Shown: positions 17,430 through 28,797, counted from the stretch's first letter. The stretch is DNA of 51,699 nucleotides from Candidatus Woesearchaeota archaeon (GCA_016188145.1 JACPIJ010000060.1:1-51699), one strand, 5' to 3'. Numbers and translations: made by a program. The notes: a model not told the origin generated them from the sequence alone.

Positions 17430-20400
17430 TTGTCTTTTAACGCGAAGTCGCTTAAGCCGCTTTTTTCACAGAAAAAGGGAACCATTTACAGCCTTGTTCT
17501 GCTGATTGCCGTAGCGGTAATGGTTGTAGGCATATTGTCGGTTAATGCTTTAAACGCAAGAAATGTTACAATAACTCCCAAGTGGGTGGGTTCTAGTTTC
17601 AATCAGTCCTTTAACATTACTGTTAGCAATGTTGCTGGCAGTGCTGTAATCAATGTAGTCAGGATTACTAAACCAAACGATTTTGTCGACATATACTGTA
17701 TTAACCCCGTGACTACGGGGTGGACTTGCGCAACCAACGGCACGAAACAAGGGTTTGTGTATGTGGAATTCACAGGCGGCACCATAGCTGCTGGCGCTTC
17801 TGACAGCTTTAACATTACCTCAACCGCTGCCAGTGCTGCCGGTGATTACACGTTTCAGTTGAGGACAGAGGATGACGCTGCCGCTATTAACTCAACCAAT
17901 CTCAACAACAACGTTTCTGTCGACACACGTCCTCCACTGCTTGTTTTGATGAACGTTTCTGACGGCACCAGAATCCTTAGCAGCGGGGAGCACCTTAATG
18001 GCTCGCTTTTCCTGAGCAACTCCACTGGCAGGGTTACCATACTGTTTAACGCAACCGACAACGAGTCGTCAGTGCACTCTGTAACGCTTTACTACAACGC
18101 CACAAATAGCACGTCAATTTCTGAAGATGTTATCTTAAAGCCTAACCACCAAACAGCAGGCACTTATGATTTGGCATATGCAATGTCCAACTTATCATTC
18201 GGGCCTGGCTCTTTGTGGAACGCAACGCTTGATGGCGGCAACATCCTCAACGGCACAAGGATATTCTTCACAGTTGTTGCCAACGACACGGTAAGAAACG
18301 GCAACGTGAGCAACTCCACCTACTGGCCGAATTCTGGCACGGCTTACAATTTTACTATAGACTCGGCTGCCCCAAGGTTTGAGGACGTTCAGGTTTTAAA
18401 CGCCAGTCAGCTTACCACCAACACGGCAGGCAATGCCATTAACACCACTAAGACGTTTGGCAGCCTTGGCGGGCTTGAGTACATAATAAACAGCAGCCTG
18501 CTGCTTAACGTCAGCGCCCTCGTCAGCGATGGCGGAGGCTCAGGCGTTGTGCGTGTCCAGATTATGAACAGGACAGGCAACTTTGTGGACATGAACCCGA
18601 TTACCGGCACGAATGGCTCAAGTGGCCAGACAACGTGGAACCTCTCGCTCTACAACATAACCGACCTGGGGCAGCGCGTTGGCGGCTTCAATGGCGATGG
18701 GTTATACAACCTCAGCTTCAGGACAACCGATAATGTCAGCAACGTCGTCAATAATAACTTCACCGTTGAGGTTGACGACGCCCCGCCAACAGGCTCTGTT
18801 TCCACAAACATAACAATTAATGGCAAGCTTTCAGAAGGCAATGTAACACTGGACATCTCTACAAACGCATCCTTCAACATCAGCCTTAAGACAACCAATA
18901 ACATAAACAACATTACAAGGAACGTGAGCGTGTTTGGCAACAGAGGGCTGGTGTACAACTTCACTTTCGGCAGCGGAACGACTTCAGGCACTTCAGTCTG
19001 GAACCTGACCCTGTTAAACGACTCATTGGTTAACCTGAGCAACTTCTGCGACGCAAGCACGGGCTTTACGGCTGCTGACGGCTCGCAGTGTAACCTCCAA
19101 TTCAACTTCTCAGACGTCCTTGGAAGGATGAACAGCTCAATAAACCTGACAATAGCTGTTGACGGGGTTGCGCCAAACGTTTCGATAATCAGCCCTGTTT
19201 CCCTTACAACTAACTATACCGGTACAGTCCTGATTAACGCCTCAGTGAACGATTCTGTCGGGCCATTAAGGAACGTCTCGTTCAGGTGGAGGATGAACTC
19301 GTCAACAATTACTGACGGTGACGAAGGCCTTAATGCGAGCAACTGGATGCCCCTCAGTTTGACATCAGGCACCAACAGCCAGTTCAACGCTCGCGGCTAC
19401 TGGTCAGCCACGCTCACAATCAGCAGCTTGACTGACACGAATTACAGCATAGAAATCAACGCAACCGACAGCGGCGCAAGGCAGAACACTACGACAAATG
19501 TTTCGAATGTCATATTTGACTCTACAATTCCGCAGAACATCACCATAGTTGCGCCCGGCTCGAACAGCTTCCTCAGGGTTAACTTCACAGTTGGCATAAA
19601 CGCCACCGAGAGGATATCGGGGCTGCGCAACGTGAGCGTAAGGCTTGAAAACGCAACCCATACTTCTCCGTGGGTTGGGATGAATCAGGAGATTGTTGCC
19701 CTTTCATCTGTTACTACCATTGCCACAACTGCAAAATACAACGCATCCAGGTTTAACCTCACCCATGTTGGTGAGCAGGCCATGAACGCAAGCAATGGCA
19801 ACTTCACCTTGCGGCTTAACGTCACAGACACGGCAGGCAACCAGAACACCACTGTAACGATAAACTTCACAATAGACACGGTTCTGCCCACGAATATAAC
19901 GGTAATACAGCCGTTAACCGGCATAAACAGGACAGGCAACTTCACCATTAACCTCTCGGTTAATGAGTCAAACATTGATACTGTCTGGTTCAGGTGGGTT
20001 AATGACAGCAGCGGCGCTACAGCGGGCCATAGGGGGCCATGGGTGCCAATGACTCAAGGCACTGTCGGCATGTTCAACAGCACCTTTATCAACCTGACCG
20101 TTGCTCCGGTATTGCTTGATGGCAACTACAGCATAGAGTTTAACGTTACCGACAGGGCGGGCAACCAGAACGCCTCCACGCTGCTCAACAGCACTCCCTT
20201 TGCCCAGCTTGTCCTTGACAGTAATGCCCCGCTGATTATTGCTACCGGCTCCCTTGCTGGCAACACCTCAAACCTGACCGGCAACTTTTTTGTTAACCTC
20301 ACGATAAACGACACCAGCACATGGAACATGACCGTTGGCAAGCTTACTACCAGAAACATTAACGCCTCAGCGTTCAGGCTTGAGAACACAACGTTTAACA

Positions 20401-21647
20401 GCAGCTGGCTCAACATGGATTTCGCAACCAATGACATGACAAACGCAGACTCCAACAGGACCAACGCTACCTTCACGTTCAGCTCTGTGCCAAACGGGCT
20501 TTACAACATAAGGTTCATGGTTAACGACACAGCAGGAAACCAGAACAACACAGTCCAGGTCAGCAACGTTATGCTTGACAACGTTGCGCCAAGCGTTGCA
20601 ATGTCTGTAAGCAACCTAAGCCCGAGCCCGACTGGAGGAAGCGGTATTTCCGGCAGTTTGTCATTCAATGTTACCATAACAGACAACCTGCCGGTTAACA
20701 TCAGCATCGGAAACACGAACAGCACGCAGGGCAACAGGTTCGGCGTGTTCTACCGCTTTGTGAGCGCTTCACTCACAACATCGTGGCTGCCGATGAACAC
20801 TACATCGTTCTCAGAGTCAATAACAGCGCCGCACAAGGTCGTGTTTAACGCCACCAACGGCACCTCAGCGCTGGCTGACGGCGATTACCAGCTGCAGATT
20901 AACGCAACAGACTCGGCAAACAACCAGAACGCTACAGTGTATGTTGACGTTACATTGCAGAATGGCGGCAGCCGTGTGCAGGCCAAGAACCTGACCTTCT
21001 TTGAGGGCATTTGGAATGGCTTTGCCAACAGCAGCACAGACACCTACACGTTCCTGATGAACACCACTGCAAACGCGACTTGCAGATACTCGCTCGACAC
21101 GTCAGCAACCGACTATGACGCTATGACCAGCACTATGACTAACAACGTCAGCAGGGAGCACAGAATCGCCTTCGGTCCACGCAGGGATGTTGGAGCTTCA
21201 GGCCATACATTATACTATGCCTGCAAGGATGTTTCTGGCAACTTCACAGCTGCTGGAGGAGCAGCGAGCCAGTTCCCCTTCGGCATTGACACCAGGAGCC
21301 GTTGGAATGTTACAATCCCGGGAAAGACCGACAGCAAGTGGCCAAACTACTTCCAGGCAGCAGCTGGCGGCAGCGCTAATGGCTGGTCAAGCTTTGTGCT
21401 TTCAACAGGACAGTTGGCAGACACTACTTTAGTCAGTCCGGGAACATATAACGTGACTTCTGTGCTGTCCTCGCTGCTGAGCGGAACCGCAGCAGGCAAC
21501 TTCACCAGAATATATGCTTACACTGCCAGCAGTGACTCGTGGGTGAGTTTCAGGGTAGGGCAGACAGGCAATACATTTATCAACTTTACCAACCAGACAA
21601 CATACTGGCTTAACGTTACAACCGTTGAAAGGCTGGAGATAAACTAA
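17430..21647 (+). CDS. very large secreted Ig-like repeat glycoprotein (1405 aa)
   Basis: N-terminal signal/TM segment, repeated DGxYxIxINATDxAGN...IDxxxP modules, very dense N-X-S/T sequons and no C-terminal TM. The TTG start is uncertain. Confidence 0.85.
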   Translation: MSFNAKSLKPLFSQKKGTIYSLVLLIAVAVMVVGILSVNALNARNVTITPKWVGSSFNQSFNITVSNVAGSAVINVVRITKPNDFVDIYCINPVTTGWTCATNGTKQGFVYVEFTGGTIAAGASDSFNITSTAASAAGDYTFQLRTEDDAAAINSTNLNNNVSVDTRPPLLVLMNVSDGTRILSSGEHLNGSLFLSNSTGRVTILFNATDNESSVHSVTLYYNATNSTSISEDVILKPNHQTAGTYDLAYAMSNLSFGPGSLWNATLDGGNILNGTRIFFTVVANDTVRNGNVSNSTYWPNSGTAYNFTIDSAAPRFEDVQVLNASQLTTNTAGNAINTTKTFGSLGGLEYIINSSLLLNVSALVSDGGGSGVVRVQIMNRTGNFVDMNPITGTNGSSGQTTWNLSLYNITDLGQRVGGFNGDGLYNLSFRTTDNVSNVVNNNFTVEVDDAPPTGSVSTNITINGKLSEGNVTLDISTNASFNISLKTTNNINNITRNVSVFGNRGLVYNFTFGSGTTSGTSVWNLTLLNDSLVNLSNFCDASTGFTAADGSQCNLQFNFSDVLGRMNSSINLTIAVDGVAPNVSIISPVSLTTNYTGTVLINASVNDSVGPLRNVSFRWRMNSSTITDGDEGLNASNWMPLSLTSGTNSQFNARGYWSATLTISSLTDTNYSIEINATDSGARQNTTTNVSNVIFDSTIPQNITIVAPGSNSFLRVNFTVGINATERISGLRNVSVRLENATHTSPWVGMNQEIVALSSVTTIATTAKYNASRFNLTHVGEQAMNASNGNFTLRLNVTDTAGNQNTTVTINFTIDTVLPTNITVIQPLTGINRTGNFTINLSVNESNIDTVWFRWVNDSSGATAGHRGPWVPMTQGTVGMFNSTFINLTVAPVLLDGNYSIEFNVTDRAGNQNASTLLNSTPFAQLVLDSNAPLIIATGSLAGNTSNLTGNFFVNLTINDTSTWNMTVGKLTTRNINASAFRLENTTFNSSWLNMDFATNDMTNADSNRTNATFTFSSVPNGLYNIRFMVNDTAGNQNNTVQVSNVMLDNVAPSVAMSVSNLSPSPTGGSGISGSLSFNVTITDNLPVNISIGNTNSTQGNRFGVFYRFVSASLTTSWLPMNTTSFSESITAPHKVVFNATNGTSALADGDYQLQINATDSANNQNATVYVDVTLQNGGSRVQAKNLTFFEGIWNGFANSSTDTYTFLMNTTANATCRYSLDTSATDYDAMTSTMTNNVSREHRIAFGPRRDVGASGHTLYYACKDVSGNFTAAGGAASQFPFGIDTRSRWNVTIPGKTDSKWPNYFQAAAGGSANGWSSFVLSTGQLADTTLVSPGTYNVTSVLSSLLSGTAAGNFTRIYAYTASSDSWVSFRVGQTGNTFINFTNQTTYWLNVTTVERLEIN

Positions 21648-21693
21648 AAATATAAATAATAGCTTCTATCTTTGGCATAGTAGGGGAATCTGC

Positions 21694-23364
21694 ATGGTTA
21701 AAGCTAAAAATTCCGCATTAATAATTCTTATTTTAAGCATTTTAAGCTTGTCATTGTTTCTGTCATTAAGCGCGTATGCTGAGCAGTATGAAAAGCTTAA
21801 CACATTCACAGGCAACGTCACAATAGGAGGGAGCTACGCGTATAACGGCGCAGTTATTGACGCCTTCATAGGCAGCTCGTCCTCTCCTGCAAAGTCGTAC
21901 ACGATTGGCTCCTCAAACCTGGGGGAGAACTACTCAGTTGACTTTGAATGCAACGCCGGCAGCACAGTTTTCCTGAAAGTGTGGGGCATCAACGCCACCC
22001 ATCAAACCTGCACCAATTACTTGGCTAACTACACAAACCTTTCTGTTTCCCTGACGGCCAACGACGGCTCGTGCAGCTACGCCAACGGCTGCTCAAGCGG
22101 CATCTGCTGCTCTGGCGATACTGCAGTTAACAGCTCTACCTCAAGCGGCGTATGTCAGGCAGCGGCGTGCGGCGCCGGCATAACCATACCGGCATTTTCC
22201 CTCAGCGCTTCGAGCATAACAACGTCTGGAACAGTGAATTTCACCATAAACCTAAGCAGCGTGCTGCGCTACAACATCACGTCAGCGAACTTCACCCTGG
22301 TTACCGGGTCAACTGTGGTTAGCAGGAACTTTACCATACCTTCCAGCGGGAAGGATTTCAACTTAAGCTACAAAATCTTTGCCTCGTCAGAAACAGCGTC
22401 TGCTGGCACGTACAACGTGACCGCTGTGCAGGTTAATGACAACGGAAGCATAGTAAACCGCACTGCCATAACAAACATGAACTTCACCGTTACGGCTGCG
22501 GCAACCACTCCTGCCGCTGATACGGGCGGAAGCAGCGGCGGTGGAAGCGGTGGCGGAGGGGGAACCCCGGCTGTAACACCAGCTCCAGCACCCAGTAAAG
22601 AAACTGTAGAGGCGGTTAAAGAGGCCTTGCCTGCGACTTTCCAGGTGGCTGCGGAAGCCGGCAACGTTGAGTACAAGACAGTTGCAGCTCCTGAGGTCAA
22701 GGCGGTTCCCGCAAAGGCAGAAGCAGCTACCTCAGATATCAAGTACGCTGTGGATTATTTAGTCAAGACAGAGGAGGCACAGCAGGCGTTGAGCAGCATA
22801 CAGGACGCCGTTTCAGCTGGCTCTGCAACCACGGTCCAGGCTTCTGGCGGCTCTGTCAAGAAAACAATTGAGGTTGTCAAGGCTACCAACAAGGTCACTA
22901 AGGAAGAGGTAGTTGTTTCTGTCGTCAAGCTCTCGGTCACCGCCCCAGGTAACCAGGACCTGAAGAACGTTGAGGTTGTCGAGGTTATTCCGAAGGCAGC
23001 TGCCAGCAATGTCAACCAGGTCACTTTTAAGGGCGAAAAGCCCATAGTGCTTGAGGCAGACCCTGTTGTCAAGTGGTTCTTTGCCCAGGTCAGCAAGGGC
23101 CAGAAGAAGGATCTCAGTTACGCCATTAACAAGGACATAAGGAGCATCGGCACGAGCACAGTCGCTGTCCAGGGACGGGCAGAAGCAGCCCCTCCGGCCG
23201 TTGAGGCGCCCCCTGCTCCTCCTGTTGGGGAGAAAGAAGAGGCAGCGCCTGCTGAGGTCAAGAAGCCCACTCCTTTTAGCATAATGATTTTGGTGGTTGT
23301 TCTGGCTGTTGTCGTGGTTGGCGGCTGGCTGTTCCTGAAGGGCAGGAAGAAGGTTATGAAGTAA
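21694..23364 (+). CDS. membrane-anchored surface protein
   Basis: Signal peptide, Cys-rich segment, Gly-rich linker, VVEVIPK domain, Pro/Ala linker, C-terminal TM and a basic tail. Confidence 0.82.
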   Translation: MVKAKNSALIILILSILSLSLFLSLSAYAEQYEKLNTFTGNVTIGGSYAYNGAVIDAFIGSSSSPAKSYTIGSSNLGENYSVDFECNAGSTVFLKVWGINATHQTCTNYLANYTNLSVSLTANDGSCSYANGCSSGICCSGDTAVNSSTSSGVCQAAACGAGITIPAFSLSASSITTSGTVNFTINLSSVLRYNITSANFTLVTGSTVVSRNFTIPSSGKDFNLSYKIFASSETASAGTYNVTAVQVNDNGSIVNRTAITNMNFTVTAAATTPAADTGGSSGGGSGGGGGTPAVTPAPAPSKETVEAVKEALPATFQVAAEAGNVEYKTVAAPEVKAVPAKAEAATSDIKYAVDYLVKTEEAQQALSSIQDAVSAGSATTVQASGGSVKKTIEVVKATNKVTKEEVVVSVVKLSVTAPGNQDLKNVEVVEVIPKAAASNVNQVTFKGEKPIVLEADPVVKWFFAQVSKGQKKDLSYAINKDIRSIGTSTVAVQGRAEAAPPAVEAPPAPPVGEKEEAAPAEVKKPTPFSIMILVVVLAVVVVGGWLFLKGRKKVMK

Positions 23365-23468
23365 CCTTTCCTTTGTGCCGTTTTCGGCACTTAAGTGCCA
23401 CAATTGGAACATTATAAACAACTTTTCCTGTATAACTTTATAAATCCCCGCTTGCACTTAATTTTAAG

Positions 23469-26400
23469 GTGCTGGCAAAATTGGACAGTAGAGCGGTGTC
23501 GAGGCTTGTTTTTCTGGTTGCTGTAGCTGCTGCAGCTGCTGTGCTGTTTGGAAAGCTTTTCGTAGCTGCCTCAGCATCTTCTGAGGAGCCTGTAAAGGTA
23601 ATTGTTTACGTCAAGGACGGCTCTTGGGAGAAGAAGCTCGTCAGGGGGATTTACCCCGCAGCTGCCGCTGTCAGTTCGCAGTCTGTGCTGGAATCCTTGC
23701 CTGCTGGCGAGGTCGAGGCTGGCCACCGCTTTAGCTCCTTTGACGGCTTTGTAGCTACTGTGAGCAGGGCTGCTTATGAGCAGCTTAAGGCAAATCCGAA
23801 CCTTGAGGTGTATGAAGATGGGTTTTCCAGCATCATGCTTGACGGCTCTGCCCCCCTTGTAAACTCAACCATTACGCATGGCCTGGTTTACAACAGCAGC
23901 AACATAACGGGGAATACCATAAGCGTTTGCGTTATTGACACTGGCGTCAACTACAGCCATCCTGCCCTGGGAGGATGCACCACTTCGCAGTTTACAGGCG
24001 GCACCTGTGCAAAGGTTCTTTCAGGCTATGACTTTTTCAACTCTGACAATGACCCGATGGACAACCACGGCCACGGCAGCCACGTTGCAGGGATAGTGGC
24101 GAGCACTGACAGCACTTACCGCGGCATAGCCCCTAACGCTTCCATTATAGCCTTAAATGCCTGCAGCAATGCAGGCTCCTGCCCTAACAGTAACATTACA
24201 GCTGCCATCGACTGGTGCGTCAACAACGCCTCTAAGTTCAACATTTCCGTCATAAGCATAAGCTTGGGGGGAGGGCTTTACAATTCTTACTGCGACAACG
24301 ATGATTCAGCAGGCGTTTTCAAGCTGCCAATAGACACCGCTGTTGTGAATAACATCTCTGTTGTTGCAGCTTCTGGCAACCAGGGCGTTTCTGTTACTCA
24401 GGGCAGCACAACTCAGATACGCGCTCCTGCCTGCATCCAGAACGCTACAGCTGTTTCTTCAACAACCAAGCAGGATGCGGTTGCAGCTACTGCTGACCGA
24501 AACAACATTACAGACCTGCTTGCCCCTGGCGACAGCATTACATCTGTTAATTACAACACTGGCGGCTTTACGTCAAAGAGCGGCACTTCCATGGCTGCCC
24601 CGCATGTTTCTGGCGCGATTGCCCTTCTGGCGCAGTTCAGGAAGCTCACGGCAGGTGTTAACATAACGGTAAACGAAAGCTTCCTCGCCCTCAACACAAC
24701 AGGCGTCAACGTTACAGACACAGACGGAAACGGTATCCAGTATGCGAGGATTAACGTCTACAAGGCTTCGCTGTGGCTTGACTCCGACCCTCCCAACATC
24801 ACTTACGTTGCCCCGACACTTGCTAACAATTCAAATTCCTCGTCGACAAACGTCTTCGTCAACATCACCAGCAGCGAAATCCTCCATACTGCATTGCTTG
24901 AGTGGAACAACAACACCAACATCACCAACTACAGCATGGTCCAGAATGGCTCGGCTCTTGCCTGGGCTAGGAACCATACCTCGAGCAGCTCCGGCGTTAT
25001 AACTTACAGAGTGTGGGGCAACGACTCTGCTGGCAACTGGGGTGTTGCCGAAAATAGGACTGTGCAGGTCAACAACACGCCTCCGAGGATTGATTTGTTC
25101 CTGCCTGCCAACATCAACCACAACATCACAGAGCCAGCCAATCAGACATTCAACATAACCTACACCGACACCGAAAACGATGCCGTGATTGTGGACTGGT
25201 ACGTTAACGGCACCCTCCAGGCATCAGCGAGGAACACCAACTTCACTTTCCTTGGCAACTTCAGCCAGGCATCGCAGCAGCGCAACGGCACTTACAACAT
25301 CACCGCTGTTGTCTCGGATGGTAGCCTTTCCAACCAGCTAAACTGGACTTTGACAGTGAATAACACAAACAGGGCTCCGCAATGGGCCAATGCCTCCAAC
25401 CAGACATCAGCCGAGGACGCCCCGCTGAATTTCACAGTCATTGCCACAGACCTTGACAACGACACGATAACCTACTTCCTGAACAACACGATAAACTTTA
25501 CTATAAACGCGACAACAGGCAACATAACCTTCAACCTCTCTGGCGCCGGCAACTTTTCGGGAACGTTTTACCTTGCCATCAACGCTTCTGACGGCCTCGC
25601 AAATGCGTCTGAAGTGATTTTCGTGAACATAACGGCAGTTAATGACACCCCAACGCTATTTACAATCAGCAACTTTACCTTGAACGAAACCGACTTTGCC
25701 AACATAACCGCAGTTGCCGATGACGCTGAGAACGACCTTCTCAACTTTACAATAAACGACACTGCAAGATTTAATTTCACGACGAGAAACCAGTCAGCTG
25801 CCAACTTCAGCTGGAAGACAAACATTACTGATGCGGGAACTTACCAGTTCAGGGTCAACGCCACTGACTTCAATACATCAAGCATTGGCTTCTTCAACGT
25901 TACGGTGGTTGACAGGCCTGATTTTGACGGGGATGCCATTCCTGACATTTATGATGATGATATTGACAATGACGGCGTTCAAAACGGGCAGGACTCGATC
26001 CTTGGTAACTTCAGCAGCCTGAATTCCTCAACTCTGCTGTCTTCAGCCCTTAATGTTACGATTAATGGCACAGCAAACGCATCAAGGCTTCTCAGCGATA
26101 CGCTTTTTGTGAACGTATCAAACAGCACCCGTTCATTGCTCGCGTTTTACTGGAATTTCAGCCTCAGCAACCTTTCGCTTAATTTTACGGTTGACGTGCA
26201 GGCCCCGGCAGCGTCTGTTGGCTTTATACTGATTAAAGGGCTTGTGCTGCAGCAGAACCAGACGAAAAACATCACTATAAACGTTGTGAGCGGCAGCAAC
26301 AGCGTCTGCGTCAAGGATGCTGATGTTTCCTCGATTAATGACGTGAGCAGCGGCTGCAGCGGCGCTAATGAGACTCTCATCTCATGCCCTGGAGTTGCAG

Positions 26401-27305
26401 GCAAGTTCGACTGCTCAATAGTCAACAGCCAATTTTACGAAATCACGAATGTCAGCTTTACAGCAGCAAAGGAGCAGCCTGCATCACCAAGTCCGCAGGC
26501 GCAGAATGACGGTGGTGGTGGTGGCGGTGGAGGCGGTGGTGGGGGTGGTGGAGGGGGTACGGCAGCAAGCACAGGCGGCTCTTTGGCAAGGGTGTCACAG
26601 GTGTTTACAGCAGTCAAGGAAGGTGAAACTGCGATTATGAGGATTAACAGGTCAAGCATAGCTTTCACGAAGGTAAGATTTACGGCAGCGTCATCCCTGT
26701 CAAACATCAACATTAATGTTGAGCTTCTTAATGAGTCGAGCGTTTCAACTAGGCTTTCCACCCCTGAAACATCATTCTCTGTTTACCAGTACCTGAGCAT
26801 TACATCAAAGCTTACCTTCCTTGACATAACCGGTGCTGCAGTTGAGTTCAGGGTTCCAAGGCAGTGGCTGTCGGACAGGGGCTTCAATGCAAGGCAGGTT
26901 TCGCTGTTCAGGCACTCAGCCGGCTCATGGGACAGGATGAGGGCTGTGCTTTTCAGCGAGGACAGCAGCTATTACTACTATTCAGCCGATTTGCCGGCGT
27001 TTTCGCTTTTCGCAATCGCTGCTGAGAAGCTTGGAGAAGAGGAAAAGCCTGTTGCCGGAGAACCTCTCCTGGTACCGCCAAATGCGACAGAAGCAAAACC
27101 GGCTGATCAAACCGCAGTTTCGCTGCAAAAAGAGTCTCTTTTCAAATCGGTATTTTCTGAAAGGAAGTTCAAGCTTGTGGCAGCAGCTGCCGCTGTTGCC
27201 CTCGTTCTGCTGGCAGCCATTTTCCTTAAAATGTTCAGAAAAATGAGGGAGCAGGAAAGAGTAAGCGACTTTGTGTCCACAGTTTCTAGAATAAGGCGTA
27301 AATGA
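23469..27305 (+). CDS. surface-anchored S8 (subtilisin-like) serine protease with Ig/cadherin-like and PGF-pre-PGF domains
   Basis: Catalytic triad motifs VIDTG, HGSHVAG and GTSMAAPHVSG; acidic Ca-binding-type repeat DFDGDAIPDIYDDDIDNDG; poly-Gly linker; LPAFSLFAI; C-terminal TM. Confidence 0.92.
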   Translation: MLAKLDSRAVSRLVFLVAVAAAAAVLFGKLFVAASASSEEPVKVIVYVKDGSWEKKLVRGIYPAAAAVSSQSVLESLPAGEVEAGHRFSSFDGFVATVSRAAYEQLKANPNLEVYEDGFSSIMLDGSAPLVNSTITHGLVYNSSNITGNTISVCVIDTGVNYSHPALGGCTTSQFTGGTCAKVLSGYDFFNSDNDPMDNHGHGSHVAGIVASTDSTYRGIAPNASIIALNACSNAGSCPNSNITAAIDWCVNNASKFNISVISISLGGGLYNSYCDNDDSAGVFKLPIDTAVVNNISVVAASGNQGVSVTQGSTTQIRAPACIQNATAVSSTTKQDAVAATADRNNITDLLAPGDSITSVNYNTGGFTSKSGTSMAAPHVSGAIALLAQFRKLTAGVNITVNESFLALNTTGVNVTDTDGNGIQYARINVYKASLWLDSDPPNITYVAPTLANNSNSSSTNVFVNITSSEILHTALLEWNNNTNITNYSMVQNGSALAWARNHTSSSSGVITYRVWGNDSAGNWGVAENRTVQVNNTPPRIDLFLPANINHNITEPANQTFNITYTDTENDAVIVDWYVNGTLQASARNTNFTFLGNFSQASQQRNGTYNITAVVSDGSLSNQLNWTLTVNNTNRAPQWANASNQTSAEDAPLNFTVIATDLDNDTITYFLNNTINFTINATTGNITFNLSGAGNFSGTFYLAINASDGLANASEVIFVNITAVNDTPTLFTISNFTLNETDFANITAVADDAENDLLNFTINDTARFNFTTRNQSAANFSWKTNITDAGTYQFRVNATDFNTSSIGFFNVTVVDRPDFDGDAIPDIYDDDIDNDGVQNGQDSILGNFSSLNSSTLLSSALNVTINGTANASRLLSDTLFVNVSNSTRSLLAFYWNFSLSNLSLNFTVDVQAPAASVGFILIKGLVLQQNQTKNITINVVSGSNSVCVKDADVSSINDVSSGCSGANETLISCPGVAGKFDCSIVNSQFYEITNVSFTAAKEQPASPSPQAQNDGGGGGGGGGGGGGGGGTAASTGGSLARVSQVFTAVKEGETAIMRINRSSIAFTKVRFTAASSLSNININVELLNESSVSTRLSTPETSFSVYQYLSITSKLTFLDITGAAVEFRVPRQWLSDRGFNARQVSLFRHSAGSWDRMRAVLFSEDSSYYYYSADLPAFSLFAIAAEKLGEEEKPVAGEPLLVPPNATEAKPADQTAVSLQKESLFKSVFSERKFKLVAAAAAVALVLLAAIFLKMFRKMREQERVSDFVSTVSRIRRK

Positions 27306-27579
27306 ACGGCGATAATGGGGATGCTTGCCCGAATATTATGAGCATGCCCACAAGCACAAGCGTTACTATTATTGGCAGGAGCCACCACTTCTTCCTGACC
27401 TTCATGAAGCTCCAGGCCTCCCTCACAAGGTAGAAGTGTCTCTGCAGGAAACCTTCCCTTCCCTCATTTTTGCCAAGTACCTCTGCAATTCTTGCTTCTT
27501 CACCTGTTTGAGCTTGAGCTTCCCGATTTTCATTCCGGGCTTGTTTGCCTTTGTCCATTTCAGTTTTTCCGTTCTTCAT
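27286..27579 (-). CDS. DUF5989 (SxtK-like) small membrane protein
   Basis: RKKWWLLPII...SPFIYALF signature. Confidence 0.88.
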   Translation of the reverse strand: MKNGKTEMDKGKQARNENREAQAQTGEEARIAEVLGKNEGREGFLQRHFYLVREAWSFMKVRKKWWLLPIIVTLVLVGMLIIFGQASPLSPFIYALF

Positions 27580-27591
27580 ATTACTGCGTTT

Positions 27592-28797
27592 TTATATTTT
27601 GGCTTTTATCCTCAAATCCTCAACTGCAGCGGTTTGTGTGCTGTAGTTTGCCAGGCCCTTGTAAAGCTCTTCTGCAAATAGCTTGTCGCCTTCCTTTGTG
27701 AAGTGCACGAAGGACTGGTACAGGGTTTTGCCTTCAGCCTCGCGCTTCAGAAATTCGTCTGTAGGGTCTATCAGCATTATTCCATTCCTGGCGCTTATGT
27801 CTGTAATCCTTTCCCGGATGGCTTGCATGTTTGTTCTGTTAGTGCTGAGGTTGGCTGCCTGCAGGAAGTCCTCGTACTCCTTTTCGCCCACTTCCCACCT
27901 TGCAGGGATATAGGCCAGGGCAAGCTTTGCTCCTCTCTGCTCGGTTTCTGCTTTCATGGTTCTTATCAGCAGCTCAGTTTTGTTCCAGGCGTCTTCTACG
28001 GCCTGCTTCTCATCCGGCGCCAGGTCCGTGACATAGGGATGCTTTTTGAAATCTGTTGCGGTTGCTGCCCCTGTTGCAACGCTAAAGCCAAGCCTTGCCA
28101 TTATTGGATTGAGGAGCTTGAACTGTGTTGCGTGCAGCTGGAAGTAGCTGCAAAATGCAGAGTAGAAGCTGCATTTTATGATTAGCTTCTTCGCCCCGTT
28201 CCCAAGCATTGTTCCTCCAACATCTGTTGGCAGTATGCTTTCGTTCTCAACCCTGAAGAGCCTGCTTACCGCCACGTTTCCCAGGTCGTTCTGGTAGTAA
28301 GTGAGCACAACGACGTCAGGATTATAGCTAAGAGCTTGTGTTATCAGGTACTTGTACTCGTTGTCTGTGCCCCACGAGCTTGTGCCGTAGCTTATTACCT
28401 CGTGCCTTGCTGATGATTGCTGGCTTGCATAGCTGTTTAGCCTGTTCTGCAGAAGCGCCGTGAAGTGATTTTCTTTTTCTGTGTAGAGCCCTTCAACAAA
28501 GGAGTCCCCAACAATGAAGATTCTTTTTGTGCCTGGCGGTTTTTCTTTTTTCGGGTTCTGGTTAACGAAACCTTCCTGGTTTGTCCAGAACTCGTGCTGC
28601 CCTTCCGGGCTTTTGTACACCCCGACGAAGTTTGGCTTTGGTTTATAGTTGAGCTCGTCGTCTGAGACGTATATTGATTTGTACGGCCAGTAGAACCTGA
28701 AGAACACCTCGATGACTATTGCGCACGCAAGCAGCGTTATTGCAAGCAGCAGCATCTTTTTTACCAGCTGATTCGTTTTCATCGGTTGCTCCATCAT
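27592..28797 (-). CDS. SGNH/GDSL hydrolase-like (AlgX/AlgJ-like) protein
   Basis: N-terminal TM; motifs VGDSFVEG, GTSSWGT, YQND and VHFTKEG. Confidence 0.82.
   Translation of the reverse strand: MMEQPMKTNQLVKKMLLLAITLLACAIVIEVFFRFYWPYKSIYVSDDELNYKPKPNFVGVYKSPEGQHEFWTNQEGFVNQNPKKEKPPGTKRIFIVGDSFVEGLYTEKENHFTALLQNRLNSYASQQSSARHEVISYGTSSWGTDNEYKYLITQALSYNPDVVVLTYYQNDLGNVAVSRLFRVENESILPTDVGGTMLGNGAKKLIIKCSFYSAFCSYFQLHATQFKLLNPIMARLGFSVATGAATATDFKKHPYVTDLAPDEKQAVEDAWNKTELLIRTMKAETEQRGAKLALAYIPARWEVGEKEYEDFLQAANLSTNRTNMQAIRERITDISARNGIMLIDPTDEFLKREAEGKTLYQSFVHFTKEGDKLFAEELYKGLANYSTQTAAVEDLRIKAKI

Noticed and set aside
26509..26560. G-rich tract as a G-quadruplex or regulatory repeat
   Set aside because: Explained by a poly-Gly linker with mixed codons.
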